A DNA stretch of 64,000 bases from an uncultured Candidatus Saccharibacteria bacterium (GTDB lineage Bacteria > Patescibacteriota > Minisyncoccia > UBA6257 > 1-14-0-10-44-23). Shown here one piece after another: positions 15,397-24,532 of the stretch. Each line of letters begins with the position of its first letter. Within the stretch, counting starts at the first letter, position 1. The translations under genes were made by a program, and so were the position numbers. Under the pieces are notes generated by a model. The model did not search any database, had not been told where the DNA came from, and saw only the letters and a program-made list of their open reading frames with translations. The stretch covers positions 635-64,634 of the forward strand of contig CAYMXN010000003.1 of the NCBI GenBank assembly GCA_964394435.1. The letters run 5' to 3'.

Positions 15397-18135
15397 ATGA
15401 CCATTTCACAACTGGTTAGACGCCGCCGGTTATTCACCTTCGTCTTCACGATCGCCAGTTTTATATTGTCCTTATCGGTAGTTCGAGGAGCTACTACAAT
15501 GTATGAAATTACCAATGCCGGCGTTGCCGGCAATATTTTTGGCGGAAATTCAGGAACGGTAAGTGATATTATCTCGCAAAAATATGTCGCACCAGAAAAT
15601 CAAACACTGTGCACGGTATATCTAAAGGTGTATCGCATTAGCGCCGGCATCACAAAGCCAAGTTTGGTCTTAAGAGTTCGTCAGGGTGGTGGTCCGATAG
15701 ATGGGGAGCAAATCAGTATGGTTTCTGTGCCAGCCACTTCGCTCCCAACCAGCCTAGGTGCGTATGTTCCTTTTGTACTTCCAAGTTGTGTTTCACTAAC
15801 TGCCGGCACTACGTATTGGTTTACCTTTGAAAATTTTGAGCAGCCATATGTGACATCGTTTGGATATTATGTCGCCGGGTATCGTAATAGTGATCAGTAT
15901 AGCTACTCCTCGCAATGGCTAAGAACGTGTTCGGCGTGTGTCCCAGGGTACGCGCTCGTTGAAAATACAAATCGCGAGTGGGGGCTCAAGTTTGAGGGCC
16001 CCGACCCACTCCCGACAGTTTCAGATTTAAAGCAATCAAGACTTGATGGCACGACCGCTCTCGCCGAAGATGAAAAGCTTGATCAAGGCGAGCTAGTCTT
16101 AAGTGCAAAAATAAGTAGTCCATTTAATAAAAAGCTGAAGCTCGAAGTCTCAATCGAAGAAGCGTCGAGCGCGCCAGCCATATATAGTAGCGAACTGATT
16201 GACTCGGGTGGCGTCGCAAGTATCACGCTTCACAACTTCCCCGACGGGGATTATCTCTGGCGCGCCCGAACAGTTGATATAGATGGCGCCACTTCCTCGT
16301 GGACTTCATTTGGTGCGCCGGAGGTGCAAGACTTTCGTATTCACCGCACGCCGATTATCATCGTCCCGGGTATTTTAGGCACATATCTCGGCCAAGGAGA
16401 TGATTTACTTTGGGCGAACCTCGCGCGAATGCTTCTTGATGTCAATGACGAGTTTTTAAGTACCGGCCTGGCGATGGATAGCGAAGGCAACTCGGTCAAC
16501 AACATCACGGTGGGAGAGGCAATAACGGTAGTTTTAAATCATGTTCCTGGATTCGAAGTAAATACCTTTTTGGATCTTAAGGAGTCATTTAACAATATCC
16601 AATATATTCAAGATAAAAATCTCTTCTTTTTTCCATACGACTGGCGCGTCGACCTCAACATAACCAAAGACTTACTCAAGCAGAAAATCGACGAGGTAAA
16701 ACAAAAAACTGGCGCTACAAAGGTAGATATTATTGCGCACAGTATGGGCGGCTTGCTGACTAAAAACTATCTTAATCTGTACGGTAAAGAGAGTATTGAT
16801 AAGCTCATCTTTGTTGGTACGCCCCACTTAGGCGCACCCAAGGCGGCGAAAACGCTCTTAGTTGGCGAGCGCTTTGATATTCCGATGCTCGCCGACTCGG
16901 CGATGCGGTCTCTCGCTCTTAACGCTCCAGCGGTATACGAGCTCTTGCCGGGCCAAACCTATTTCAATCAGGCCCAAGGATATATCAAAACAAAAGGCTC
17001 AACTGATGTGCTTGGTTATTCTGCCACTAAAGATTTCCTAGTGAGTGGCGGAGTAAATTGGAATATTTTAGATAAGACGCAAAACTTTTTTGGTAAAAGC
17101 CTGGAGGAGATGAGCCTCGACGGGATAGACGCGTATAACATCGCCGGCTGTCGGAGCGCGACTCAAGCAGGGTATGAGTTCGGAGCTGACAAGACCGATA
17201 TCGTAGCACTCCGTGAATCTTCGGGCGATGGTACCGTCCCACTCGAGAGCGCTGACTACGTTAACGTTCCGAATAATCACAAGTTTTATTTTAAAGACGC
17301 GACTCACTCAAAGCTTCCAAGCGCTGAATCAGTGCGCAATATAATTTTGAATATTATCAAAGGTGAACAGGTGACACTTCCGAGCGATTTGGCGCAAGGC
17401 GATAGCTCGTTTTGTGATTTTAAAGGTAAAGAGCTCCTCTGGCACAGTCCAGTCGAGGTGCACGTCTATGACGAGCTGGGTAATCACACCGGGCCAACAG
17501 AAAACAATGTAATCGAGTACAATATCCCGGGAGTGGAGTACCAGATTGTCGGGCACAACAAGTTCATCTTCTTGCCAACCGACACGGGCCACGTATATCG
17601 TATCGTCTCGCACGGTACTGATGCGGGCACCTTTGATTTATTTGTGCGAGAAAATAACAATGGCGAGATCGCGTCGACCAAGCTCTATAACGACATCCCA
17701 ATAACTACGAGTAGCAATATGGAGTTTAGTCTCTCGAGTGAGAGCGTGGATAACGAAATAACTATTAGCGATGGCGAAGAAGCGACGCGGGTAATCACCG
17801 CCGTGGCCGCACAGGGGATGGCTGATGGTGACGTGGTAATCACAACAACGCCGACCCCAACCGAGTCAGCAGCGAGTACGACCGAAGAGGTTTTGTCAGA
17901 GCCAGCGGCGCCAGCACCACAAACGAATACCATAACAGGTGGGGGCGGAGGTGGCGGTACATATTATTACGCCTCACCAGCTCCAGAGGGGCAGGTGTTA
18001 GGAGCTTCGATTGGATTTGCCGATAGCGCAGAGCTTAAGCGCAAAGCGCTCCTTGAGCAGATCGTAGTCATTCTTCAGCAGATTATCAGTCTACTTAGGC
18101 AACAGCTCCAAATTAAAACCAATATAGTATACTAA
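15397..18135 (+). CDS. Large secreted alpha/beta-hydrolase (LCAT/PGAP1-like lipase/acyltransferase domain) with an unknown roughly 300-aa N-terminal domain, a Gly7 linker and a C-terminal helical tail
   Basis: N-terminal anchor LFTFVFTIASFILSLSVVRG. Lipase core IIIVPGILGTYLG...FFFPYDWRVDL...KVDIIAHSMGGLLTKNYL...FVGTPHLGAPKAAK (GxSxG nucleophile elbow, LCAT-like PYDWR). The run TITGGGGGGGTYYY lies near the C-terminus. Confidence 0.55.
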   Translation: MTISQLVRRRRLFTFVFTIASFILSLSVVRGATTMYEITNAGVAGNIFGGNSGTVSDIISQKYVAPENQTLCTVYLKVYRISAGITKPSLVLRVRQGGGPIDGEQISMVSVPATSLPTSLGAYVPFVLPSCVSLTAGTTYWFTFENFEQPYVTSFGYYVAGYRNSDQYSYSSQWLRTCSACVPGYALVENTNREWGLKFEGPDPLPTVSDLKQSRLDGTTALAEDEKLDQGELVLSAKISSPFNKKLKLEVSIEEASSAPAIYSSELIDSGGVASITLHNFPDGDYLWRARTVDIDGATSSWTSFGAPEVQDFRIHRTPIIIVPGILGTYLGQGDDLLWANLARMLLDVNDEFLSTGLAMDSEGNSVNNITVGEAITVVLNHVPGFEVNTFLDLKESFNNIQYIQDKNLFFFPYDWRVDLNITKDLLKQKIDEVKQKTGATKVDIIAHSMGGLLTKNYLNLYGKESIDKLIFVGTPHLGAPKAAKTLLVGERFDIPMLADSAMRSLALNAPAVYELLPGQTYFNQAQGYIKTKGSTDVLGYSATKDFLVSGGVNWNILDKTQNFFGKSLEEMSLDGIDAYNIAGCRSATQAGYEFGADKTDIVALRESSGDGTVPLESADYVNVPNNHKFYFKDATHSKLPSAESVRNIILNIIKGEQVTLPSDLAQGDSSFCDFKGKELLWHSPVEVHVYDELGNHTGPTENNVIEYNIPGVEYQIVGHNKFIFLPTDTGHVYRIVSHGTDAGTFDLFVRENNNGEIASTKLYNDIPITTSSNMEFSLSSESVDNEITISDGEEATRVITAVAAQGMADGDVVITTTPTPTESAASTTEEVLSEPAAPAPQTNTITGGGGGGGTYYYASPAPEGQVLGASIGFADSAELKRKALLEQIVVILQQIISLLRQQLQIKTNIVY

Positions 18136-18139
18136 CCAT

Positions 18140-18424
18140 ATGAGCCTCAAAAAAATATTTATTTGGTTTTCAGTAATTCCAGTCCTTTTAAGTTTTCTTA
18201 ATAAGGAAATTACTTCTATTAATTTCTTACCATTAGCCCATAAATATCTTAATGAGATAACATTTACGGCCCTCGCCATCGCTGGGCTAAACTGCCTCTA
18301 CATTCTCTATCGTAACTATAAGACAGAGAAAAGCTTCGGCTGGTATGTTTTCGCCACCTTTATGGCGATTATCTTCTTTGGCTACCTTTGGTTCGGCTAC
18401 CAACTCTCCCACGCCGGGTTCTAG
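18140..18424 (+). CDS. Small integral membrane protein (3 TM)
   Basis: Hydrophobic helices IFIWFSVIPVLLSF, FTALAIAGLNCLYILY, YVFATFMAIIFFGYLWFGY. Starts 5 nt after the lipase stop. Confidence 0.4.
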   Translation: MSLKKIFIWFSVIPVLLSFLNKEITSINFLPLAHKYLNEITFTALAIAGLNCLYILYRNYKTEKSFGWYVFATFMAIIFFGYLWFGYQLSHAGF

Positions 18425-18436
18425 ATATAAACTAAA

Positions 18437-18733
18437 ATGGATTTTTGTATTCCATATAGCTTTCTCGTTACGCTCGCCATAATTGGATGGCCTGGTGTTT
18501 TATATGACGCACTATTTGGATCAACCTTAAGTTCTCTTGGTAATACTTTATTAGGAATTGTTGTGAATGTGGCAATTTTTTCAAGCTGCGGGCTACTACT
18601 TGATCATCGGCGAAAGGTTTCTAAAATTCGATTTTGGAAGCGCGCAGCATTTTACTATCCAGCCGCCTTACTCAGTATCGCTCTTCTTGGGTATATAGGT
18701 GGAATTATTGAAGCATATTTTACCTGCTCATAA
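18437..18733 (+). CDS. Small integral membrane protein (3 TM)
   Basis: Helices FLVTLAIIGWPGVLY, LLGIVVNVAIFSSCGLLL, YYPAALLSIALLGYIGGII. Confidence 0.4.
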   Translation: MDFCIPYSFLVTLAIIGWPGVLYDALFGSTLSSLGNTLLGIVVNVAIFSSCGLLLDHRRKVSKIRFWKRAAFYYPAALLSIALLGYIGGIIEAYFTCS

Positions 18734-18735
18734 AT

Positions 18736-19398
18736 ATGAAAATTAAGGATCTTCCGAAAGTAGATCAGCCGCGGGAAAAATTGGCTAAATATGGGCCGGA
18801 GAAGTTGAATAACTCCGAGCTTCTGGCGATTTTACTGCGCACGGGTATGAAAGGGACGAACGTTGTCGAACTCGCTCGGCAGATTTTACAGCAGATTGGC
18901 GGGAAGAATCTCGCGAGTGTTACGCTGACAGATTTAAAAAAGATTAAAGGGCTTGGGCCGACGAAGGCCGGGCAGATTATTGTTTCACTCGAACTCGGGA
19001 AGCGGTTTCTGAAAGACAAGAAGTCCGTGCTTCATCTTTCACCTGCGGACGTGTATGAGCAACTCAAAGATATTCGGGATTTAAAGAAAGAGCATTTTGT
19101 CGTGCTCTTTCTTGATTCCCGCAGTCAGGAGATTAAACGAGAGACGGTTTCAGTAGGTATACTTAATGCGAGCCTAGTACATCCACGGGAAGTTTTTGAG
19201 CCAGCCATCAAGTGTAATGCTGCGCAAGTGATTGTTGCGCACAATCATCCGTCGGGGGGCGCGGAGCCGTCAGAAGAGGACATTCAAATTACAAAACGCC
19301 TCGTCGAAGCAGGAAAGTTGCTCGGGATAGAGCTATTAGATCATGTGATTGTGGCGATAAAGGGCTTTACGAGTCTGAAAGTCCAGGGGTTGTTTTAG
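18736..19398 (+). CDS. radC: RadC-family JAB/MPN domain protein (UPF0758)
   Basis: N-terminal HhH-like ELLAILLRTG...GLGPTKAGQII. JAMM motif ...VIVAHNHPSGGAEPSEEDIQITKRL. Confidence 0.85.
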   Translation: MKIKDLPKVDQPREKLAKYGPEKLNNSELLAILLRTGMKGTNVVELARQILQQIGGKNLASVTLTDLKKIKGLGPTKAGQIIVSLELGKRFLKDKKSVLHLSPADVYEQLKDIRDLKKEHFVVLFLDSRSQEIKRETVSVGILNASLVHPREVFEPAIKCNAAQVIVAHNHPSGGAEPSEEDIQITKRLVEAGKLLGIELLDHVIVAIKGFTSLKVQGLF

Positions 19399-19415
19399 GT
19401 ATTCACAGGTACATA

Positions 19416-19456
19416 TTGACGCAATCTTACATGTACGTTATTATGTACATGTAAAT
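19416..19456 (+). promoter_or_regulatory. Sigma70-like promoter with an overlapping palindromic operator upstream of the toxin-antitoxin pair
   Basis: TTGACG (19416-19421), about 17-18 nt, TATTAT. A perfect 9-bp inverted repeat TACATGTAC-8 nt-GTACATGTA spans the -10 region. Confidence 0.5.
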
Positions 19457-19470
19457 AATGATACAAAAAT

Positions 19471-19806
19471 ATGGATAACAACAAAACGATGTCAATCTCG
19501 GAGGGGCGCAAGCGGATTTTTGAAATTTTAGAAGAGGTACAAAAGCCCGGAGTCCACTACACCTTTACCGAAAAAGGAAAATCAAAAGGCGTATTAATGT
19601 CAGCCGAAGAGTTTGATTCACTTCAGGAAACCCTTGAGATATTAAGCGATCCTATGATCGCAAAGAAAATCGAGCTTGCTGAAGCGGAGTATCAGCGCGG
19701 TAACTATGTTACCTGGAGTGAGTTTAAAAAAGAATTGCATGCGAAGGATCGGGCAAATATTGTTGCGGATAAGAGCAGTAAAAAGTATCGAGCCGGTAAA
19801 AAATAA
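19471..19806 (+). CDS. Phd/YefM-family type II antitoxin
   Basis: MSISEGRKRIFEILEEV...YTFTEKGKSKGVLMSAEEFDSLQETLEILSDPMIAKKIELAE matches the YefM/Phd pattern. It sits immediately upstream of a RelE-like ORF. An alternative ATG is at 19489. Confidence 0.7.
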   Translation: MDNNKTMSISEGRKRIFEILEEVQKPGVHYTFTEKGKSKGVLMSAEEFDSLQETLEILSDPMIAKKIELAEAEYQRGNYVTWSEFKKELHAKDRANIVADKSSKKYRAGKK

Positions 19807-19811
19807 GGTAT

Positions 19812-20063
19812 ATGGCTTTCATCGTCCACGTTCCGGATCCGGTCAGGAAAGATATCCTTCAAGTTCCTTTGCCTTGGCGAAATCGAATTGTGATCGCAAT
19901 CGATCACCTAGAGAGTGATCCGTGGTATGGAGATAAGATGCTGGGGAAGTACAAAGATCAGTATAAAATACGCATCTGGCCATATCGGATCTTGTATCGT
20001 GTAGATAAGAAGAAAAAAGTAGTGGTGATCAACGAAGTCGGTCAACGCGGCGGGATGTATTAG
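19812..20063 (+). CDS. RelE/ParE-family type II toxin
   Basis: 83 aa; ...KYKDQYKIRIWPYRILYRVDKKKKVVVINEVGQRGGMY, the typical RelE/ParE C-terminal signature. Starts 5 nt after the antitoxin. Confidence 0.7.
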   Translation: MAFIVHVPDPVRKDILQVPLPWRNRIVIAIDHLESDPWYGDKMLGKYKDQYKIRIWPYRILYRVDKKKKVVVINEVGQRGGMY

Positions 20064-20083
20064 GTTGTCCACTGGTAGGGTAT

Positions 20084-20111
20084 TGACTTTATAGATTATC
20101 AGCAGTAATGT
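20084..20111 (+). promoter_or_regulatory. Candidate promoter of the type I RM operon
   Basis: TTGACT-16 nt-TAATGT ending 7 nt before the hsdS' start codon. Confidence 0.4.
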
Positions 20112-20117
20112 AGTCTC

Positions 20118-20702
20118 ATGTATAAGGAATTACATGAGATCGCCACAGTTATAGCCGGATATACCTTCCGGGGGGCTATTACGCCTGATGCGAATGGGGA
20201 TCTTTATGTATTCCAAGCAAAGGATCTTGTGCGGAATGAGACTGTCCAAGATGTTAATGCTTTAACGAAGATCAGCTCAAATATTCCGGGGTATGCCGGG
20301 CATCTTGAGCGAAACGACGTGTTGCTTGTCGCTCGCGGCATGAAAGCCGGAGCGTTTCGGGCGACAGTTTTTGAAGCCGAAGACAAGAATGTCATCGCGT
20401 CTTCTTCTATCCATGTTATTCGCGTCACAAAGGAAGGCGTTCTCCCTGAGTACGTTTCTCATTATTTAAACTCAAGGCAGGGGCAGGAGGCGCTCGCTGA
20501 GATTGTTACCGGCTCATATATCGGGGCGCTGCCGCGTAAGGCGCTTGAGAAGCTGAAAATTCCTATACCTCATTTCAAAAAACAGCAGATGCTGATAGAT
20601 CTTTATCAAAATATACGAGAACAGCAAAAGATCATCAGTCAGCAAAACGAGATCAAACAGAGGATTGTCAGCGAAACACTTAAAAACCTAACCAACGCCT
20701 AA
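20118..20702 (+). CDS. hsdS: Type I restriction-modification specificity subunit, half-size (single target-recognition domain plus conserved coiled-coil)
   Basis: TRD-like N-terminal region then the conserved HsdS central/C-terminal helix ...LPRKALEKLKIPIPHFKKQQMLIDLYQNIREQQKIISQQNEIKQ. 194 aa against 419 aa for the downstream full hsdS. Confidence 0.65.
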   Translation: MYKELHEIATVIAGYTFRGAITPDANGDLYVFQAKDLVRNETVQDVNALTKISSNIPGYAGHLERNDVLLVARGMKAGAFRATVFEAEDKNVIASSSIHVIRVTKEGVLPEYVSHYLNSRQGQEALAEIVTGSYIGALPRKALEKLKIPIPHFKKQQMLIDLYQNIREQQKIISQQNEIKQRIVSETLKNLTNA

Positions 20703-20705
20703 CCT

Positions 20706-22220
20706 ATGACTGCTATCAAAAAATATTCACAAGAGGAACTAAACAAAACGCTTTGGGCGGCCGCGGACTCTTCGCGTAGTAGCGTGGATGGGGGAGTGTA
20801 TAAGGACTATGCGCTGACGATGCTCTTCTTTAAGTACTTGAGCGATTTAAATAAAAAGCGACACGCCGAGTACAAGGCGCGGTTTGGTGCTGATGAGAAA
20901 CGTATTGAGGAGAAGATGAAGCTCGACCGGTTCTATCTCCCACCGAAGTCGTCTTTTGATTATATCTACAGCAAGATCGAAGAGGATAATATCGGTGAAG
21001 AAGTGAATAAGGTGCTTCACCGCATTGAAGACGCGAATAAAGAGAAGCTCGAGGGTGTTTTTAGTGTGGACTTCAACTCTGAGTCAGTACTCGGCAAACT
21101 TGAGCAACGGAATAAGATGCTGCGCCACCTGATTCAGGATTTTGCGAAAATCGATTTGTCTGACGCGGGTGAAGATGTAATCGGTGGAGCATATATGTAC
21201 ATGATCGAGCGCTTTGGTGCTGACGCGGGCAAAAAAGCGGGGGAATTTTTTACGGTTAGAAACGTAGCGAAGCTTGTGGCGATGCTGGCTGGGCCGAAAG
21301 AAGGTGATCGTATTTGTGACCCGGCGATGGGATCGGGAGGTTTGCTTTTGCTCGCCGGGGAAGAAGTTGAAAAGCAGGGCTCAAAAAACTACGCGCTCTA
21401 TGGGCAGGAGTCGACGGGTTCAACGTATCAACTTGCGCGGATGAATATGTTTTTGCACGGAAAGGATTCGGCTCGAATTGAGTGGGGAGACACGCTTAAC
21501 AATCCGCTTCTCGTGGAGAACGACCAGCTGATGCACTTCGATGTTGTCGTCGCCAACCCGCCGTTTTCGCTTAAGAAGTGGGGCGCGGAGCACGCTGAGA
21601 GCGATAAGTATAAGCGGTTCTGGCGCGGTGTGCCGCCGAAGGACAAGGGTGATTATGCTTTTGTGACGCACATGATCGAGACGGCGAAGCCGAAAACGGG
21701 GCGTGTGGCGGTGATCGTACCGCACGGCGTGCTTTTCCGCGGCGGTGCCGAGGGAAAGATCCGCGAGCAGCTTTTGAAAGAAAACATTATCGACGCGGTG
21801 ATCGGTCTTCCCGCCGGGCTCTTTCAGACAACGGGTATCCCGGTGGCGGTTTTGATTATTGACCGGTCGCGCGAGAAGGGCGGAGCGAACGAGAAAAAGA
21901 AAGACGTGCTGTTCATTGAGGCGTCAAAAGAGTTTAAGGCGAACAAGGCGCAGAACATTCTGACCGACGAGAACATCGCCAAGATTTTCGACACCTATAA
22001 GAAGCGTAAAGACGTTGAGAAGTTTTCGCGCAAGGTGAGCTTTAAAGAGATCGAGGAGAACGACTTCAACCTCAATATCACGCGCTACGTGGATACCTTT
22101 GTTGAGGAAGCGCCGGTGGATATCAAGGCGAACTTGAAAGAACTAGCTGAGCTCGAGCCGCAACTGCAAAAGCTCGAGAAGCAAATGGTCGAGTATTTAA
22201 AGGAGCTGGGGATTAAATAG
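20706..22220 (+). CDS. hsdM: Type I restriction-modification N6-adenine DNA methyltransferase subunit
   Basis: HsdM_N-like N-terminus. Motif I ICDPAMGSGGLLL. Motif IV FDVVVANPPFSLKKW. Confidence 0.9.
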   Translation: MTAIKKYSQEELNKTLWAAADSSRSSVDGGVYKDYALTMLFFKYLSDLNKKRHAEYKARFGADEKRIEEKMKLDRFYLPPKSSFDYIYSKIEEDNIGEEVNKVLHRIEDANKEKLEGVFSVDFNSESVLGKLEQRNKMLRHLIQDFAKIDLSDAGEDVIGGAYMYMIERFGADAGKKAGEFFTVRNVAKLVAMLAGPKEGDRICDPAMGSGGLLLLAGEEVEKQGSKNYALYGQESTGSTYQLARMNMFLHGKDSARIEWGDTLNNPLLVENDQLMHFDVVVANPPFSLKKWGAEHAESDKYKRFWRGVPPKDKGDYAFVTHMIETAKPKTGRVAVIVPHGVLFRGGAEGKIREQLLKENIIDAVIGLPAGLFQTTGIPVAVLIIDRSREKGGANEKKKDVLFIEASKEFKANKAQNILTDENIAKIFDTYKKRKDVEKFSRKVSFKEIEENDFNLNITRYVDTFVEEAPVDIKANLKELAELEPQLQKLEKQMVEYLKELGIK

Positions 22221-22223
22221 TCT

Positions 22224-23285
22224 ATGAAAGTGCTTGCCACTAGGTCGACATCTAATGAGACGATGGACATATCGGTCGTCGTTCTCAGAGAAAATAGCAA
22301 AACGCGGCTCGTTTTCTGTCCGAGTTGGGTTACTCCGTCAAGTAACCCATTGCGCGGAGGCTTTCGTTTTCAGCGGAAAGGACCAAAAGATCTTTGGGTT
22401 AATGTTGACCATAAGCCGCTTTCGACCCTTAAAAAAGATGAGGGTTATGAGCTCAATCTTGATGGAGCGGAAATGGCGAAGTTATTTGATGAACTCGGAG
22501 ACATCAGGGAGGTGCTTGCAAAGTATGGGCATTCCTCTGGCACAAGGACTTTAATTTTAAGTGAGAAAAATGCTGGTGGTATTTTTCTTCAGATCGGTGA
22601 GCTGGAAAATCGCGATTGGGTTATTAAACAACTTAAAACGCTGGAAAATGAAAATTTTGAAAACCTTGGATCGGCAATTGGCCGGGCGAGACTAGAGGCA
22701 GCGATTGAGAAGTTTGGAAAGAATTTGGCGAATACAGATGAGAAATTCTGGGAGGATTTTTTCGAAAGTAGTCCATGGATACTTCAGCAGGTCTTCGCAT
22801 TTCCTGTTATATATCTCAATGGCGAGACATATCTCGGCGGTAAAAATTCAAAAGGGCGTCAAGGTTCGGGTGGTTCAGCAACTGATTTCCTTTTTAAGCA
22901 TGGTTCGAATGGCAGTTTTGCCGTCGTCGAAATTAAAACACCTGGCTGTGGCCTCGTCGGCGGGAAGTATCGAGGCGACAAAGATTCTGACGAAAAGAAT
23001 GAACTTTACGGTATTCATGGCGAATTGAGTGGGGGCGTGGTGCAGATGGAGAACCAGATTAATATTGCGATAGAGCATTTTAAGACGACGATCGGAGAGG
23101 ACTATGAAGGCTTGAATCATTTAAACCCAGCAGGTGTTTTAATCGCCGGGGATTATTCTAAATTGAAGCCGGCAGAACGAAAGTCTTTTGATTTATTCCG
23201 GAAGTCGTTAGGTAAAAATCAAATTTATACTTTCGACGAAGTGCTTGCTAAGTTGAAGCTCTTAAAAGTTGTCTATGAAAGCTAA
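22224..23285 (+). CDS. DUF4263/Shedu-like PD-(D/E)xK nuclease-family protein embedded in the type I RM operon
   Basis: The C-terminal roughly 170 aa fits the DUF4263 layout: ...PWILQQVF...ATDFLFKHGSNGSFAVVEIKTPG (D...E-x-K core), ...VVQMENQINIAIEHF (Q-helix), ...PAGVLIAGDYSKL...NQIYTFDEVLAKLK (characteristic C-terminal iiTyDeLl). The N-terminal roughly 180 aa have no recognisable motif. The start is 3 nt after the hsdM stop and the stop overlaps the hsdS start. Confidence 0.55.
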   Translation: MKVLATRSTSNETMDISVVVLRENSKTRLVFCPSWVTPSSNPLRGGFRFQRKGPKDLWVNVDHKPLSTLKKDEGYELNLDGAEMAKLFDELGDIREVLAKYGHSSGTRTLILSEKNAGGIFLQIGELENRDWVIKQLKTLENENFENLGSAIGRARLEAAIEKFGKNLANTDEKFWEDFFESSPWILQQVFAFPVIYLNGETYLGGKNSKGRQGSGGSATDFLFKHGSNGSFAVVEIKTPGCGLVGGKYRGDKDSDEKNELYGIHGELSGGVVQMENQINIAIEHFKTTIGEDYEGLNHLNPAGVLIAGDYSKLKPAERKSFDLFRKSLGKNQIYTFDEVLAKLKLLKVVYES

Positions 23286-24528
23286 CTCAGCTCAAAAAAA
23301 TATTCCTGATGGGTGGAGAAGCGTTCGAATAAGGGATGTGGCTTTCTTGAACAAAAAAAGCCTTGGTAACGAAACCCCAGAAAATTTTAAGTTTAAATAT
23401 ATTGACCTATCGTCTGTTGATAATGGTGTAATTAAATTGCCGTTGGAATATGTCCGGTATGGAGAGTCGCCATCACGAGCGAGGAGAGTATTCAAAAAAG
23501 GCGATATATTAATGGCAACTGTAAGGCCAAATCTGCTCGGGCACTGCATAGTTAATTTTGATGCACATGAATACATTGGCTCCACTGGTTTTGCGGTAAT
23601 CGAAAATAAAAAAGATCAGTTGAATAACTATTTTCTATTCTCTTATTTGTTTTCAAAAAAATTACGGGATCATTTGAATAACATGCTAGTTGGGTCGAGC
23701 TACCCAGCCATTAATTCATTAGAAGTCGCGAATCTCAAAGTTGATCTTCCTCCTCTTCCCGAGCAGAACCGCATCGTGGCGGTGCTGGAGACTTGGGATA
23801 GGGCTATCGAGAAGCTGGCTCGGAAAATTGAGGTTAAAAAGAATATTAAAATGGGCTTGATGCAGGAGCTCCTTACCGGCAAAACCCGTCTACCGGGATT
23901 TAAGGGAGTGTGGGAGAAGGTTGAGCTAGAAAAAGTTATGCTAAGTTTTACTACAGGCTTAAATCCAAGAGATAATTTCTTGCTCGGAACAGGAAACAAT
24001 TTTTATGTAACGATAAAAAATATCTCACAAGGTCGGTTAGATTTCTCGAGTTGCGAACGCATCGATGATCGTGCGTTAGGGCTCATTAACAAAAGATCAG
24101 GCCTAAACGTGGGCGATATTATAATGGCTAGCATTGGCAATGTAGGTGATGCTTTTCTCGTAGGGGATAAACCAAAGAATTGGGATATAAACGAGTCAGT
24201 TTTTTGCTTAAAGCCAAATCCCAAAATTGTCTACTCTCAATTCGTATATTACATCATCACAAGCCAGGCGGCTCAAAAGTATTTCAGCAATAATATCACC
24301 GGGAGCTCCTTTAGGAGTATTAAAATGAAAGAGCTCAGGGCTATGCCCATTAATTTAATACCCTTAGATGAACAAAGGAAGATTGTTGATATTTTACTAA
24401 CTATAGATCGCGAGCTGAGCATTCTAGAGAGAAAATTGGGGAATTTCCAGGACCAGAAAAAGTATCTACTCAATAACTTGATCACCGGCGCGATTCGAAC
24501 GCCGGAGAAGATGAAAATTCACTCATAA
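23269..24528 (+). CDS. hsdS: Type I restriction-modification specificity subunit, full length (two target-recognition domains)
   Basis: Two TRD-like halves separated by the conserved central helix ...PLPPLPEQNRIVAVLETWDRAIEKLARKIEVKKNIKMGLMQELLTGKTRLPGF, and a C-terminal conserved helix ...LIPLDEQRKIVDILLTIDRELSILERKL. Confidence 0.85.
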   Translation: MSMKANSAQKNIPDGWRSVRIRDVAFLNKKSLGNETPENFKFKYIDLSSVDNGVIKLPLEYVRYGESPSRARRVFKKGDILMATVRPNLLGHCIVNFDAHEYIGSTGFAVIENKKDQLNNYFLFSYLFSKKLRDHLNNMLVGSSYPAINSLEVANLKVDLPPLPEQNRIVAVLETWDRAIEKLARKIEVKKNIKMGLMQELLTGKTRLPGFKGVWEKVELEKVMLSFTTGLNPRDNFLLGTGNNFYVTIKNISQGRLDFSSCERIDDRALGLINKRSGLNVGDIIMASIGNVGDAFLVGDKPKNWDINESVFCLKPNPKIVYSQFVYYIITSQAAQKYFSNNITGSSFRSIKMKELRAMPINLIPLDEQRKIVDILLTIDRELSILERKLGNFQDQKKYLLNNLITGAIRTPEKMKIHS

Positions 24529-24532
24529 TCAT

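Noticed and set aside
17027-17933. Several 65-95-aa minus-strand ORFs inside the lipase gene
   Set aside because: They are antisense to a long, motif-supported CDS and have no starts with an RBS.
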